Origin: an uncultured Thermoplasmata archaeon
Lineage (GTDB): Archaea > Thermoplasmatota > Thermoplasmata > UBA10834
Assembly (NCBI GenBank): GCA_963719945.1
Contig: CAVRDX010000003.1
Coordinates: forward strand, 224,001 to 288,000
Direction of reading: 5' to 3'
DNA: 64,000 bases
The notes under the pieces were generated by a model. It saw nothing but the letters and a program-made list of their open reading frames with translations. It was not told where the DNA came from and ran no database searches. A program made the translations under genes and the position numbers. Every line of letters begins with the position of its first letter. The stretch's first letter is position 1. Below are positions 11,441 to 20,657 of this stretch, one piece after another.

Positions 11441-11617
11441 TCACGGGATCGCTTTTCGGACGTCTTCCGGACTGGCGCAATTCCAATCCCCGCAGAACGG
11501 GCATCTGGATTGGTTATCGTCCGAATCTATATCCTCGATCTTGCCCGAATAATTGATCGTTGCAGGGTATGCATTGCCGCACTTCTTGCACCGGTACTCG
11601 AGTTCTATTTTGGGCAT
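11441..11617 (-). CDS. Small CPxCG-type zinc-finger protein (58 aa)
   Basis: MPKIELEYRCKKCG...RCPFCGDWNC has two CxxCG knuckles. ATG 11617 is the likely start. Confidence 0.7.
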   Translation of the reverse strand: MPKIELEYRCKKCGNAYPATINYSGKIEDIDSDDNQSRCPFCGDWNCASPEDVRKAIP

Positions 11618-11762
11618 CTGTGAGAGCACGAGCAAGCGTGACGATAATACTTTGCGATTCAGAATGTGCATCATTGTATCGAGTGGTTCTCTTCACTGAG
11701 AAGTTTTTTCGTGTGCGATGTCCTTCGGGGCTTCTGCAGCTACATGAACTGGGGGATCAAGG

Positions 11763-12827
11763 ATGGTAAGAAATCGCGAGGGCAAGGATATCAGGGAAGT
11801 CGCCGCATCGGGCAGTCATTATCAGGTGGGAGTATCACTCGGCAAGCAATGCGTGGATCAGGCACTGAGGGTTCATAAGAGGTTCAAGGCCGATGTGGGC
11901 CGAAGGCCCGGGATGACGATTGCTAAGGTCGTCTCCACTGCAAAGAAGACCCTCCCGCTCAGCAAAGAGTTCTTCCCTGAGTATGTCGAGGAGTTGGAGG
12001 GTTATGCCGATGGTTCGGGTCTCTCCTTCGACGAGGTCTACGCGTCTGTATGCGATCTGCCAGGAATCGGAAGAGGATGCACTGATATTGCGGTTAACGC
12101 CCAATGGACAAAGGATGACTCTGTATTCGCAGCGCACAACGAGGATGTCGAACCATACAATTTCGAGGACCTTGCGATAGTACGCATAAGACCGTCGGGC
12201 GAGCCTGGTTTCATCGGTGTGAACTATGGCGGCATACTTCCGACCGTGGGCCTGAATGCTGCTGGGATAAGTCTGACCGGGAATGCATTGGTCCCGAACG
12301 ACACACGGTTGGGTATCCCGAAGATGTTCGCGACCCGCAAGATCCTCAGCGCAAAGGGTCTCTACGATGCTCTTAGGTTCGCTGTGCCCGCTGGCAGGAG
12401 CACGAGCTTCAACAATATCATCTGCGACCACAACGGTGAGATATACAGCATGGAAGGGTCCGCCACCACCTTCGACGCCATCTACGCGGAGGATGGATAT
12501 TTGGTCCATGCGAACCACTATCTGTCCCCGCGCATGTGGAAGTTCGAGAGCGACATGCATACGCGAATCTCATCTATCATACGTCATAATCGGGCGAAGA
12601 AGCTCTTCAAGAAACACCTCGGGCAGGTGGAGGTATCGACTTTCAAGGAGATCTTCTCTGACCACGTGGGATATCCCGAATCGATATGCCGTCATGCCGA
12701 TCCCTCGTTGTGCGAGGACGAGCAGACATCGACAGTCTTCTCGACGGTGTTGGACCTTACGCATAATGTCGCATGGATTTGCCACGGGAACCCATGCACT
12801 GGCGAGTACAGAAGATACGAATTGTGA
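11763..12827 (+). CDS. Peptidase C45 family Ntn-hydrolase (acyl-CoA:6-APA acyltransferase-like)
   Basis: Autocleavage site G|CTDI, AHNED, GLNAAGI, HANHYL and SICRH. Confidence 0.85.
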   Translation: MVRNREGKDIREVAASGSHYQVGVSLGKQCVDQALRVHKRFKADVGRRPGMTIAKVVSTAKKTLPLSKEFFPEYVEELEGYADGSGLSFDEVYASVCDLPGIGRGCTDIAVNAQWTKDDSVFAAHNEDVEPYNFEDLAIVRIRPSGEPGFIGVNYGGILPTVGLNAAGISLTGNALVPNDTRLGIPKMFATRKILSAKGLYDALRFAVPAGRSTSFNNIICDHNGEIYSMEGSATTFDAIYAEDGYLVHANHYLSPRMWKFESDMHTRISSIIRHNRAKKLFKKHLGQVEVSTFKEIFSDHVGYPESICRHADPSLCEDEQTSTVFSTVLDLTHNVAWICHGNPCTGEYRRYEL

Positions 12828-12830
12828 TCC

Positions 12831-14477
12831 TCAAGGCCATCGGTGTCTCAGGACCTCTCCCGCCTTGACCTTCATCTGACGGCCGTTGTCCACTGCGATC
12901 TTGCCGTTCACAAGGACATATGGTATGCCATCTGGATACTGATGCGGGTAATTCTCGAACGGATGCTTGTGAGGCCATCTGTTGGTCGCCTTGTCCTTCA
13001 CATTCGGCAGGTCAATGATGGCGATATCCGCACGCATGCCCGGTCTGATAAGACCTCTGTCAAGGAGCCCGATCTTCTGTGCAGGGAAGCTCGTCATCTT
13101 CCGGATGGCTTCCTGCATGGTCAGGACCTTGTCATCCCTGACGAACCTCTCCAGTATGCCAGGATACTCTCCGAATGCACATGGCATGTACGGTGGAGGA
13201 TCCGTGAGCGGCCCCTTCACGGACCATGTCGCGCAATCTGATGATATCATCATCAGCGGGTGGGACATGAGCGTCTTGACGTCATCCTCGCTGATGTAAT
13301 CGAAGATCGCGATCGTCTCATCCTTGCTCTCGATCATGATGTCGAAGTAGGTGTCGAAGGGATCATCCCCTCTCATCTTCGCCACTTGTTCGATCGTCTT
13401 GCCAACCAGCGATTCCTGTCCGGGGCAGTGCATGATGAATATCCTGTCGAACTTGCCATGTTTCATGAGGCCGCACGGTCCGAATGCCGGGAGTTTGTCT
13501 TCGATGATCTCCTTCTTGATCCTCTTCTTATTGTCCTTCTCGCCTACATGGGCTAGAAGGTCGGGAATGTCCATCTCGTGTAGGTATTGCGGGAGCGCAC
13601 CACTAAGTCTCGGCGCAAGGTCGGTGTGCATGTCGTTGTCGATCGTGACGTCGACCCCCTTCTCCCTGGCCTCTTCCACGAGTCCAAGTGTCTCGTCTGT
13701 CCTTCCCCATGCGCCGTATTTCGGGCAGTTATGAGATATCTCGATCCTCGTCCCGCTCTTCTCGCCTATGAGGATGGCTTCCTTGATCGCTTCGGCTATG
13801 GTCTCTCTCTCTCCTCGTATGTGGGATGTGTACATGCCTCCGTACTTCGCGACCACCTTGCATAGTTCGATTATCTCCGGAGTCTTGCCAAAGCAGCTGG
13901 GGGGATAGACGAGCCCTGTCGACATCCCGAAGGCTCCCGCACGCATCGCTTCGTCCACGAGTTCCTTCATGAGCTTCAGTTCCTTCGGGGTAGGGTCTCC
14001 CATGTCCGCTCCCATCGCCGCGGTCCTGATCGCACCGTGGCCGACGAGTGCGGCTATGTTGTGCCCGATGCCTTTCCTTTCGAACTCCTTCAGATACTGC
14101 TGGAAGGTTCTCCATTTTGGTTTCTTACCGGTTCCTGCCCATGCACCCCAGTATGTCATCATGAGGTCGGCGTTCGGTTCTCTCAGTGGCGCGACGGACA
14201 GTCCGCAGTTGCCTATCAGGTGTGTGGTGACGCCTTGTCTCAGGGTGCTGTCGCAGCCTGGGAAAATCAATGCGGTGAGGTCTGAGTGAGTATGTATGTC
14301 TATGAATCCAGGGCACACGTACATCTGCTTCGCGCTTATCGTACGCTTGCAGTCCTTTCGGTCGATCTTGCCGATCTTTTTTATGACCTTTCCGGATATG
14401 CCGATATCTCCCTTGTACCAGGGGTTCCCTGCTCCATCTACTATGTGTCCGTTGAGAATGCCGACATCGTACTTCAT
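12831..14477 (-). CDS. N-acyl-D-amino-acid deacylase (D-aminoacylase, amidohydrolase superfamily)
   Basis: PGFIDIHTHSD, QGVTT..GNCG, GMSTGLVYPP, SHIRGE and EAIRKMTSFPA. Confidence 0.9.
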   Translation of the reverse strand: MKYDVGILNGHIVDGAGNPWYKGDIGISGKVIKKIGKIDRKDCKRTISAKQMYVCPGFIDIHTHSDLTALIFPGCDSTLRQGVTTHLIGNCGLSVAPLREPNADLMMTYWGAWAGTGKKPKWRTFQQYLKEFERKGIGHNIAALVGHGAIRTAAMGADMGDPTPKELKLMKELVDEAMRAGAFGMSTGLVYPPSCFGKTPEIIELCKVVAKYGGMYTSHIRGERETIAEAIKEAILIGEKSGTRIEISHNCPKYGAWGRTDETLGLVEEAREKGVDVTIDNDMHTDLAPRLSGALPQYLHEMDIPDLLAHVGEKDNKKRIKKEIIEDKLPAFGPCGLMKHGKFDRIFIMHCPGQESLVGKTIEQVAKMRGDDPFDTYFDIMIESKDETIAIFDYISEDDVKTLMSHPLMMISSDCATWSVKGPLTDPPPYMPCAFGEYPGILERFVRDDKVLTMQEAIRKMTSFPAQKIGLLDRGLIRPGMRADIAIIDLPNVKDKATNRWPHKHPFENYPHQYPDGIPYVLVNGKIAVDNGRQMKVKAGEVLRHRWP

Positions 14478-14537
14478 GAGCGTCCCCGCCTCGGTATGGC
14501 GATGTCTCTATTTACTGTTTCGACGAAACGTGTCTGG

Positions 14538-15791
14538 CTAATGCAGATACAGCAGAGTGCCGGACCATATCTTCGGGAAGAAATAGGTCGATTTCTGTGG
14601 CATCTTCCGGCCCGTCTCAGCCACCGCGAGCACTTGATCCGCCGAAGGCGGTTTGACGAAGAAGCATATCTCGTGCTCGCCTTCTGACATAATCTTCATG
14701 ACTGTGTCAGTACCCTTGATGTAATCGATGTTGACCTTCTTGTCAAGCATCTCCTGCGTGAATCCGAGCCTCTTCTTCAGGACCTTCTCCTGTAGTATCT
14801 GCACAGACAATCTCTCCATGTGATCCTTTGGAAGGTCCCCCTTGGGCTTGGCGATCATTGTCAGCGACATCTTCGGTATCCATACACCTATCGAACCGTC
14901 AGGCCCTCGGCTAATCTGGTCTGCCAGTTTTTCTGGGCCATCCGCGCTGGTCATGTCGAAATCCTCGTGGAGGTATTTCTGCAAAGAACCCAGTATGCTC
15001 TCATCGACTCCTGAAACGATTCTGTGCGTAGGGTATATGACGAGCCCCGGGTTTCGGAAGCTGACCATCGTCGCCATCACAAAATCGTATGGCCTCTCCT
15101 CATCAGTGTGTCCGTCCTTTGCACGCATCCTATCCCTGTATTCCAGCGATGTCTCGTATCTGTGGTGGCCGTCTGCAATGAGCAGTTTAAGGGGAGCCAT
15201 CGCGGATGAGATCTTCTCAATTAGGTCCTTCTCCGCTATTCGTATTATCCTGTGATGTACGCCCTCGTTGTCGAGGAACCTGAGCAACTCTTCTCTCTTC
15301 CTCACAGATTGCAGCATCTCCTCTATCTTCCCACTGGGATCATCGTAGAGCATGAAGATCTGCTCGGTGTTCCCTTTGACGGCCGAAAGCAGTTCCATCC
15401 TGTCCGCCTTGTGTTTCGGGATCGTTCGCTCATGGGGCAGGACCATTCCTGTAGAGAAATCCTCCAGCTTCACCAGACCGATGATGCCGGATCTCACCCT
15501 AGGAGTCTTGTCCGGGGATTGAAAAGTCTGCTCATAGACATAGAACGAGTCCTCTTTGTCGTGAACGAGGACTTCATCGTGCAGCCATCTGCACATCCGC
15601 TTCGCGGCGACCTCGTACGAGTCATCTTCATTGCCCAGCGTGATATGGGTTATGTTGAGTCGATCGTCCTTCAGCGACTTCTCCAAGGTCCTGTCTATGA
15701 CGTCGTATGGTGGTGCCACGAACCTTGTCGCGTCTTTTCCGAACCTGGATATATTATAGTGATATGCTCCGAACGGCGTTACCTTGACCAA
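14538..15791 (-). CDS. DUF1015 family protein
   Basis: APPYDVI, PHERT, IADGHHRYET and MPQKSTYFFPK motifs. Confidence 0.9.
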   Translation of the reverse strand: MVKVTPFGAYHYNISRFGKDATRFVAPPYDVIDRTLEKSLKDDRLNITHITLGNEDDSYEVAAKRMCRWLHDEVLVHDKEDSFYVYEQTFQSPDKTPRVRSGIIGLVKLEDFSTGMVLPHERTIPKHKADRMELLSAVKGNTEQIFMLYDDPSGKIEEMLQSVRKREELLRFLDNEGVHHRIIRIAEKDLIEKISSAMAPLKLLIADGHHRYETSLEYRDRMRAKDGHTDEERPYDFVMATMVSFRNPGLVIYPTHRIVSGVDESILGSLQKYLHEDFDMTSADGPEKLADQISRGPDGSIGVWIPKMSLTMIAKPKGDLPKDHMERLSVQILQEKVLKKRLGFTQEMLDKKVNIDYIKGTDTVMKIMSEGEHEICFFVKPPSADQVLAVAETGRKMPQKSTYFFPKIWSGTLLYLH

Positions 15792-15869
15792 CAGATCTCC
15801 CTTCTCAGAGTGCCGTGATTAAGCCGGTGGCTCAAAAATGTTGGCATCGAGGGGTCGGTATTTTCGTAT

Positions 15870-16364
15870 TCACCCTTCGAGGATGGGCACATAACCGTAC
15901 CAAGCGCCACTGTTCTCTAGATGCTCTAGATTCTCTTGGAGGATCCTCAGATGCTCCCTCTCCATGTTCTCTAGCTTGTGGAATATTTCCTTGAGACCGG
16001 CTGTTGCCGCTGAGGCATTCTTGGAATAGAACTCTATGGATCGCTCCTCCGTCTTCATGCCCAGCTTTATCGCGGAGACTGCATCCTTGATTCCGAGGTC
16101 GCCATCTATCGGATCATGGGGGAATATCTCGGCTAGACCCTTCTCCACATCTTCTTTCGAGCTCTCTTTGTGAGGACCGCCAAGTACTTGGAGTTCCCTG
16201 CTAAGGATGGCCGCATGTTCGCGCTCATCCGATGCGAGGCTCTTCATCAGACTCTTCGCCTCCTTGTCACTCACGAGGTCATGGAACCTCATGTAGTACT
16301 CAATCCCGAACCTCTCGAACTCGATCGCAGCCGCAACCACTTCCCTCATATCGCCCATGATCAA
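15870..16364 (-). CDS. Ferritin-like / rubrerythrin family protein
   Basis: Two E...ExxH di-iron helix pairs (EFERFG..Y, DEREH; TEERSIEFY, MEREH). Confidence 0.85.
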   Translation of the reverse strand: MIMGDMREVVAAAIEFERFGIEYYMRFHDLVSDKEAKSLMKSLASDEREHAAILSRELQVLGGPHKESSKEDVEKGLAEIFPHDPIDGDLGIKDAVSAIKLGMKTEERSIEFYSKNASAATAGLKEIFHKLENMEREHLRILQENLEHLENSGAWYGYVPILEG

Positions 16365-16577
16365 CCACCATGTGTAATCCTACGTTCCGAGTAGTTAACG
16401 GTTGTGCCTAAGGTCGCCCGCTGACGAACCGTCTCATGGTCTCCGAGGCATACTGACCCGCTCTCATTTTACCGTACAATTGCACAGCGGAATTCAAATA
16501 CCAGATAATACAATTGCAGCCATACATCCCAAGCCATTGTCGGCTTGATTTGATCATGTAATTGGGTTGGTTCTAGA

Positions 16578-19061
16578 GTGGATGGTGAATTGAGACAGGT
16601 CGGGGAAGAATCTGCGGGGACTTCAGCGGATGATTGCAGAATCATGCCTCACCTGCGGTCTATCCTGACCGCGATCTCATCGGAGGGTGACTCGGGAGTT
16701 ATAGTCGAGAAGCTGATTGCTTCTCTGAGATCGTTCCTCGGTATTAAGAGCGCAGTGCTATGGTTCGAAGACCACGAATCATCGGGACCCCACACCAACT
16801 GGAAGATATTCGCGGTGGGAGACGAGTTCGCGGGCATCGATGGCGACCTGTCCGAGAGATACCGGTCCCTTTTTGTCGATTCGAACCTGTTCTGTTCGAA
16901 TGGTTATTTCTCAAGATCCGCGGATATCCAAAAGGGTACCTCCAAGGAGAACGGGACACCCTGTCCGGTTTGGTCACGAGGTGACCTTCTGGGCATCGTC
17001 GTAGAGGGTAGGAAGGGGCGGCCAGTTGTACATATGGTGTCTTGTGGTGAGGATGGCGATCCGTTGCCTTGTCGCGATGATGTGGATGCCGCACAGCTCT
17101 TGCTTCAGATGTTCGGATTGGAGTTGGAGCGCGGGCGGGAACGGCTGTCCATCGTCCGGGATTCCGACAGAATGGTTCGAAGGACCGATATGTTGGAGGA
17201 TATCCTGAACATAGCGTCCTCGGTCGTATCTGAGCGAGACCTTCGGAAGGTATCTGAAATGGTCCTATCCTCGGTCGCATCGCTGTTCGACTTCCAGAGG
17301 GTGACGCTCGTCATCTACGATGAAGGGATTGCCGCCTTCAAGTGGATGGCTCTGTACGGGTATCCTGAGCAGACTGTGAAACAGGCCTTGGCAAGGACGA
17401 TACCGATAGATGTCATCCTCGATGATCTGCGCGAGAGCCGCAAGATCGGGAGGACGACCTTCTTCATACCCATGGAGGATGTGCCGAAACGGAACCTCGA
17501 GTATTTCGTCAATCCTCACGAGTTCGAGGGATCGATCAGACCTCGCGAGGAAGGAGAATTCCGCGATGGTGATTCATTGCCTTTTGCTCTATACGACTCG
17601 ACTGGACGCGTGACGGGTGTGATATATCCCGCTTCCCCGAGAGATGGGCGCATCCCTGACTCCGATACGATCGAGATGATCGAGGTGTTCGCATCGTTGG
17701 CAGAGGTTGCGATCGAGAACGCGAGATTGTCTCATGAGAAAGAAGTCGCCCTGAGACTCAGCAGCCTGAGGACCGAACAGATGTCGAAGATATTCGATAT
17801 CACATCCAACATCCTGTACCTTCGAGACATCGACGAGATGCTGGAAGACATCCTCAAGACACTCGCACACCTGCTGGGCATAAAGAGGATGTTGTTGACG
17901 CTCAGGAGCGAGGACGGACAGCAATTCGACGTGAAGGCGGTCTACGGATTTGATGAGGAACGAGCCGAGTCCATCAAGAAGACAAGCTATCCTAGTGATC
18001 GGATAGAGTCGATCTCCGACATGGATCGGCATAGGAGCCTTGACCCATCCGTCCTATGGTGCAAGAAGGTCGGTCGGATGACTTACTATGTCCCCGCGGA
18101 GAGCGTCCGTCTCGAACCTTGGGAGATGATATACTATCCTGAACCAGATCTTCTCAAGCTTCCGAGGAAGGCCAAGGAATATTGGCACGAGCTGGATTAT
18201 CTCGACACGCTCATATTTGACAGCCAGGGCAAGGTGGTGTCCTATCTCGAGATCCTCAAACCGAGAGACGACCGGATCCCGGATCGGGAGACCATCGAGA
18301 TCATCGAGATATTCGCCAGTCTGGTGGGCATTTCACTGGAGAATGCTCACATGGTCCAGGGCCATATCGTAAGCAGACGGAACGCAGAATTCTATACCGA
18401 CCTGCTGTCGCACGATATCAAGAACTTCAATCAGGCAATATTGGGTTATCTGGACATACTGAAATCGACCATGGCTTCGCCTGATCAGGATGTATATGTC
18501 GACAAGATAGTGGGCCAGGTGATGAACATCAACACGCTGGCAGCCGATGTTCGGACAATGTCCAGGATCACTTGGAGCGGGAGCAAGCTCGTGAAGATCG
18601 ATATCGGGAAGGTGCTCCTCGATTCGGTCCAGAGCGTGGAGCAATATTACCTGAACAGGAAGATCGTCTTCAAGCATGGCATAAGCACTGGCCAGTGCTA
18701 TGTCAAAGCGGATGAGCTGATTCGCGAGTTATTCGTGAACATACTCACGAACGCGGTCAAATATGATTCCAACGAACCCGTCGAGGTAGAGATATCGATG
18801 ACGCCTTCTGAGGGTGATGGGGATTGTCGGATCGTGGTGTCCGTAGCCGATAGGGGAAGAGGCGTCCCGGACGAGCTCAAACAGGAAATCTTTCAGCGGT
18901 TCAGCCGCGCGCCAAAGAAGAAAGGGTCTGGCCTGGGACTTTATCTGGTCAGGACTCTGACATCCAAATACGGTGGGCGTGTCTGGGTGGAGGACAGAGT
19001 CGCGGAGGATCATTCGAAAGGCGCGGTATTCAAAGTCGAGCTCCCCATGTTCAAAGAATGA
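16578..19061 (+). CDS. Cytoplasmic multi-GAF sensor histidine kinase
   Basis: H-box LSHDIKN, N-box NILTNAVKY, G1 DRGRGV and G2 GSGLGL. It has tandem GAF-like repeats and no TM segment. Confidence 0.92.
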   Translation: MDGELRQVGEESAGTSADDCRIMPHLRSILTAISSEGDSGVIVEKLIASLRSFLGIKSAVLWFEDHESSGPHTNWKIFAVGDEFAGIDGDLSERYRSLFVDSNLFCSNGYFSRSADIQKGTSKENGTPCPVWSRGDLLGIVVEGRKGRPVVHMVSCGEDGDPLPCRDDVDAAQLLLQMFGLELERGRERLSIVRDSDRMVRRTDMLEDILNIASSVVSERDLRKVSEMVLSSVASLFDFQRVTLVIYDEGIAAFKWMALYGYPEQTVKQALARTIPIDVILDDLRESRKIGRTTFFIPMEDVPKRNLEYFVNPHEFEGSIRPREEGEFRDGDSLPFALYDSTGRVTGVIYPASPRDGRIPDSDTIEMIEVFASLAEVAIENARLSHEKEVALRLSSLRTEQMSKIFDITSNILYLRDIDEMLEDILKTLAHLLGIKRMLLTLRSEDGQQFDVKAVYGFDEERAESIKKTSYPSDRIESISDMDRHRSLDPSVLWCKKVGRMTYYVPAESVRLEPWEMIYYPEPDLLKLPRKAKEYWHELDYLDTLIFDSQGKVVSYLEILKPRDDRIPDRETIEIIEIFASLVGISLENAHMVQGHIVSRRNAEFYTDLLSHDIKNFNQAILGYLDILKSTMASPDQDVYVDKIVGQVMNINTLAADVRTMSRITWSGSKLVKIDIGKVLLDSVQSVEQYYLNRKIVFKHGISTGQCYVKADELIRELFVNILTNAVKYDSNEPVEVEISMTPSEGDGDCRIVVSVADRGRGVPDELKQEIFQRFSRAPKKKGSGLGLYLVRTLTSKYGGRVWVEDRVAEDHSKGAVFKVELPMFKE

Positions 19062-19065
19062 TCCT

Positions 19066-20013
19066 TCACAGATAGGCCTGTCCATCCATCATGTGCACGA
19101 CAGTGCCACCGACGCTGACACTGTCGATTTCTCCATCCTTGTCTGTGGACACTTCGATCGCGATCTTGCTCGGTCGCCCTATCTCATACCCTTGTTCATT
19201 GATCATCCTGACCGAGTTCTTCACATCCACCAATCTGTTGTGGACTAGATATGCTCCCAGACAGCCGCTCGCGCTGCCGGTTGCGGGGTCCTCGACGATG
19301 TTCTTCGCGCAAAGTGAGAACCCTCTCGAATGCGTCGTGGATGTCTTCTCCACCGGCTCCAGGCATGTCACGTATATGTCCAAGACATCCTTGGGCAATT
19401 TGTCGACGACTCGGGGGAATGCAGAAGCGTTCCCTGATGCCATCTCAACGGCCTTCAGGGTCTTGACAGGTGCGATCAGCCATGGCAGACCTGTGGATAC
19501 CAACTGGATGGGCATTCTCTCCGTGTCAAAATCTGATGTCTTGAGAGTGAGCGCTTTTGCAACACCCTCTACATCTTCGAACGGTTTTCCAAATGCCGGT
19601 TTATTCTGGAATGTGACAACCTTCGATATCTTCCCGGATCTTGAATGAATCTCTACCGGGAGGACACCCGCCTTGACTTCCATCATGGCTCTGGTCACGG
19701 GGGCCTTGGTCTTGATCCTGCCCTCCATCGCCAGGACGAAGAATGTCCCTATGGTCGGATGTCCAGCATAAGGGACCTCCATGTCCGGCGTGAATATCCT
19801 GACTCTGAAATCCGCACCTGACCCCTTGGTAGGCGGCAGAACGAATGTGGTCTCGGAGAGGTTCATCTCTTTCGCGAGAGATTGCATCTCCCTGTCCGTC
19901 AGTCCCTTCCCATCAGGGAACACTGCGAGCGGGTTGCCCCCGAAAGGCTTCTTGGAGAACACATCTACTCTGACGAATCTAGCTTTCTTCATGTGATCAC
20001 ATCCGAAATTCAT
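19066..20013 (-). CDS. PhzF family isomerase/epimerase
   Basis: VDVFS..PFGGNPLAV, NLSETTF, RIFTP..E.PYAGHPT and EDPATGSA. Confidence 0.92.
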   Translation of the reverse strand: MNFGCDHMKKARFVRVDVFSKKPFGGNPLAVFPDGKGLTDREMQSLAKEMNLSETTFVLPPTKGSGADFRVRIFTPDMEVPYAGHPTIGTFFVLAMEGRIKTKAPVTRAMMEVKAGVLPVEIHSRSGKISKVVTFQNKPAFGKPFEDVEGVAKALTLKTSDFDTERMPIQLVSTGLPWLIAPVKTLKAVEMASGNASAFPRVVDKLPKDVLDIYVTCLEPVEKTSTTHSRGFSLCAKNIVEDPATGSASGCLGAYLVHNRLVDVKNSVRMINEQGYEIGRPSKIAIEVSTDKDGEIDSVSVGGTVVHMMDGQAYL

Positions 20014-20657
20014 TTCCTACACTTAATCACATTGCATAGATGCTCGTACGCATGTTGCTTGCCTAGTTCGAATGCTTTGAGGTTGACATCGACCGCTTTC
20101 TTCGGGATGTTCTCCGTGATAGACTCTCGGATGGATTCCTCAGGTACTGGGAATGCTTCGATGGCGCTCAGCGCTCCGAGCATGATGATGTTCTCCGTCA
20201 TCGGGTTGCCGGCATCTCTTCCAAGCGCTAGCGCATCGATGACCGCGATCTTGTCCGTGACCTGGCTGAGACGACCTATTACCTCATCCACTGAGAAATA
20301 TGTGACACTCTTGTCCTTGACATGCATGGCGGTCTCGGCGACGGGATGCTGAATGCGGGAATTCATCAGTACCACCCCTCCTTGCTGCAGATACTCCACA
20401 TACCTCAGCGCCTCGAGAGCTTCCAGAGCGAGCAGCGCATCGGCTCCTCCTATAGGTATGAGCGGGGACCTGATGCTCTCACCTATCCTCATATGCACGT
20501 TGATGGATCCGCTCCTCTGTGAGAGTCCATGCTGTTCTCCTGTCAGTGCGCGTATCCCGGCTTTCGCGCAAGCCGAACCTATGACATTTGACAGAAGCAC
20601 TAGACCCTGCCCCCCAACGCCTGCCATGTAAATACTGAACTCACCCCTCTCCATCAT
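20010..20657 (-). CDS. iorB: Indolepyruvate:ferredoxin oxidoreductase beta subunit
   Basis: AGVGGQG, HGLSQRSGS and NLKAFELG. The likely start is ATG 20657, overlapping the iorA stop, with RBS GGAGGTGG. Confidence 0.92.
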   Translation of the reverse strand: MMERGEFSIYMAGVGGQGLVLLSNVIGSACAKAGIRALTGEQHGLSQRSGSINVHMRIGESIRSPLIPIGGADALLALEALEALRYVEYLQQGGVVLMNSRIQHPVAETAMHVKDKSVTYFSVDEVIGRLSQVTDKIAVIDALALGRDAGNPMTENIIMLGALSAIEAFPVPEESIRESITENIPKKAVDVNLKAFELGKQHAYEHLCNVIKCRK

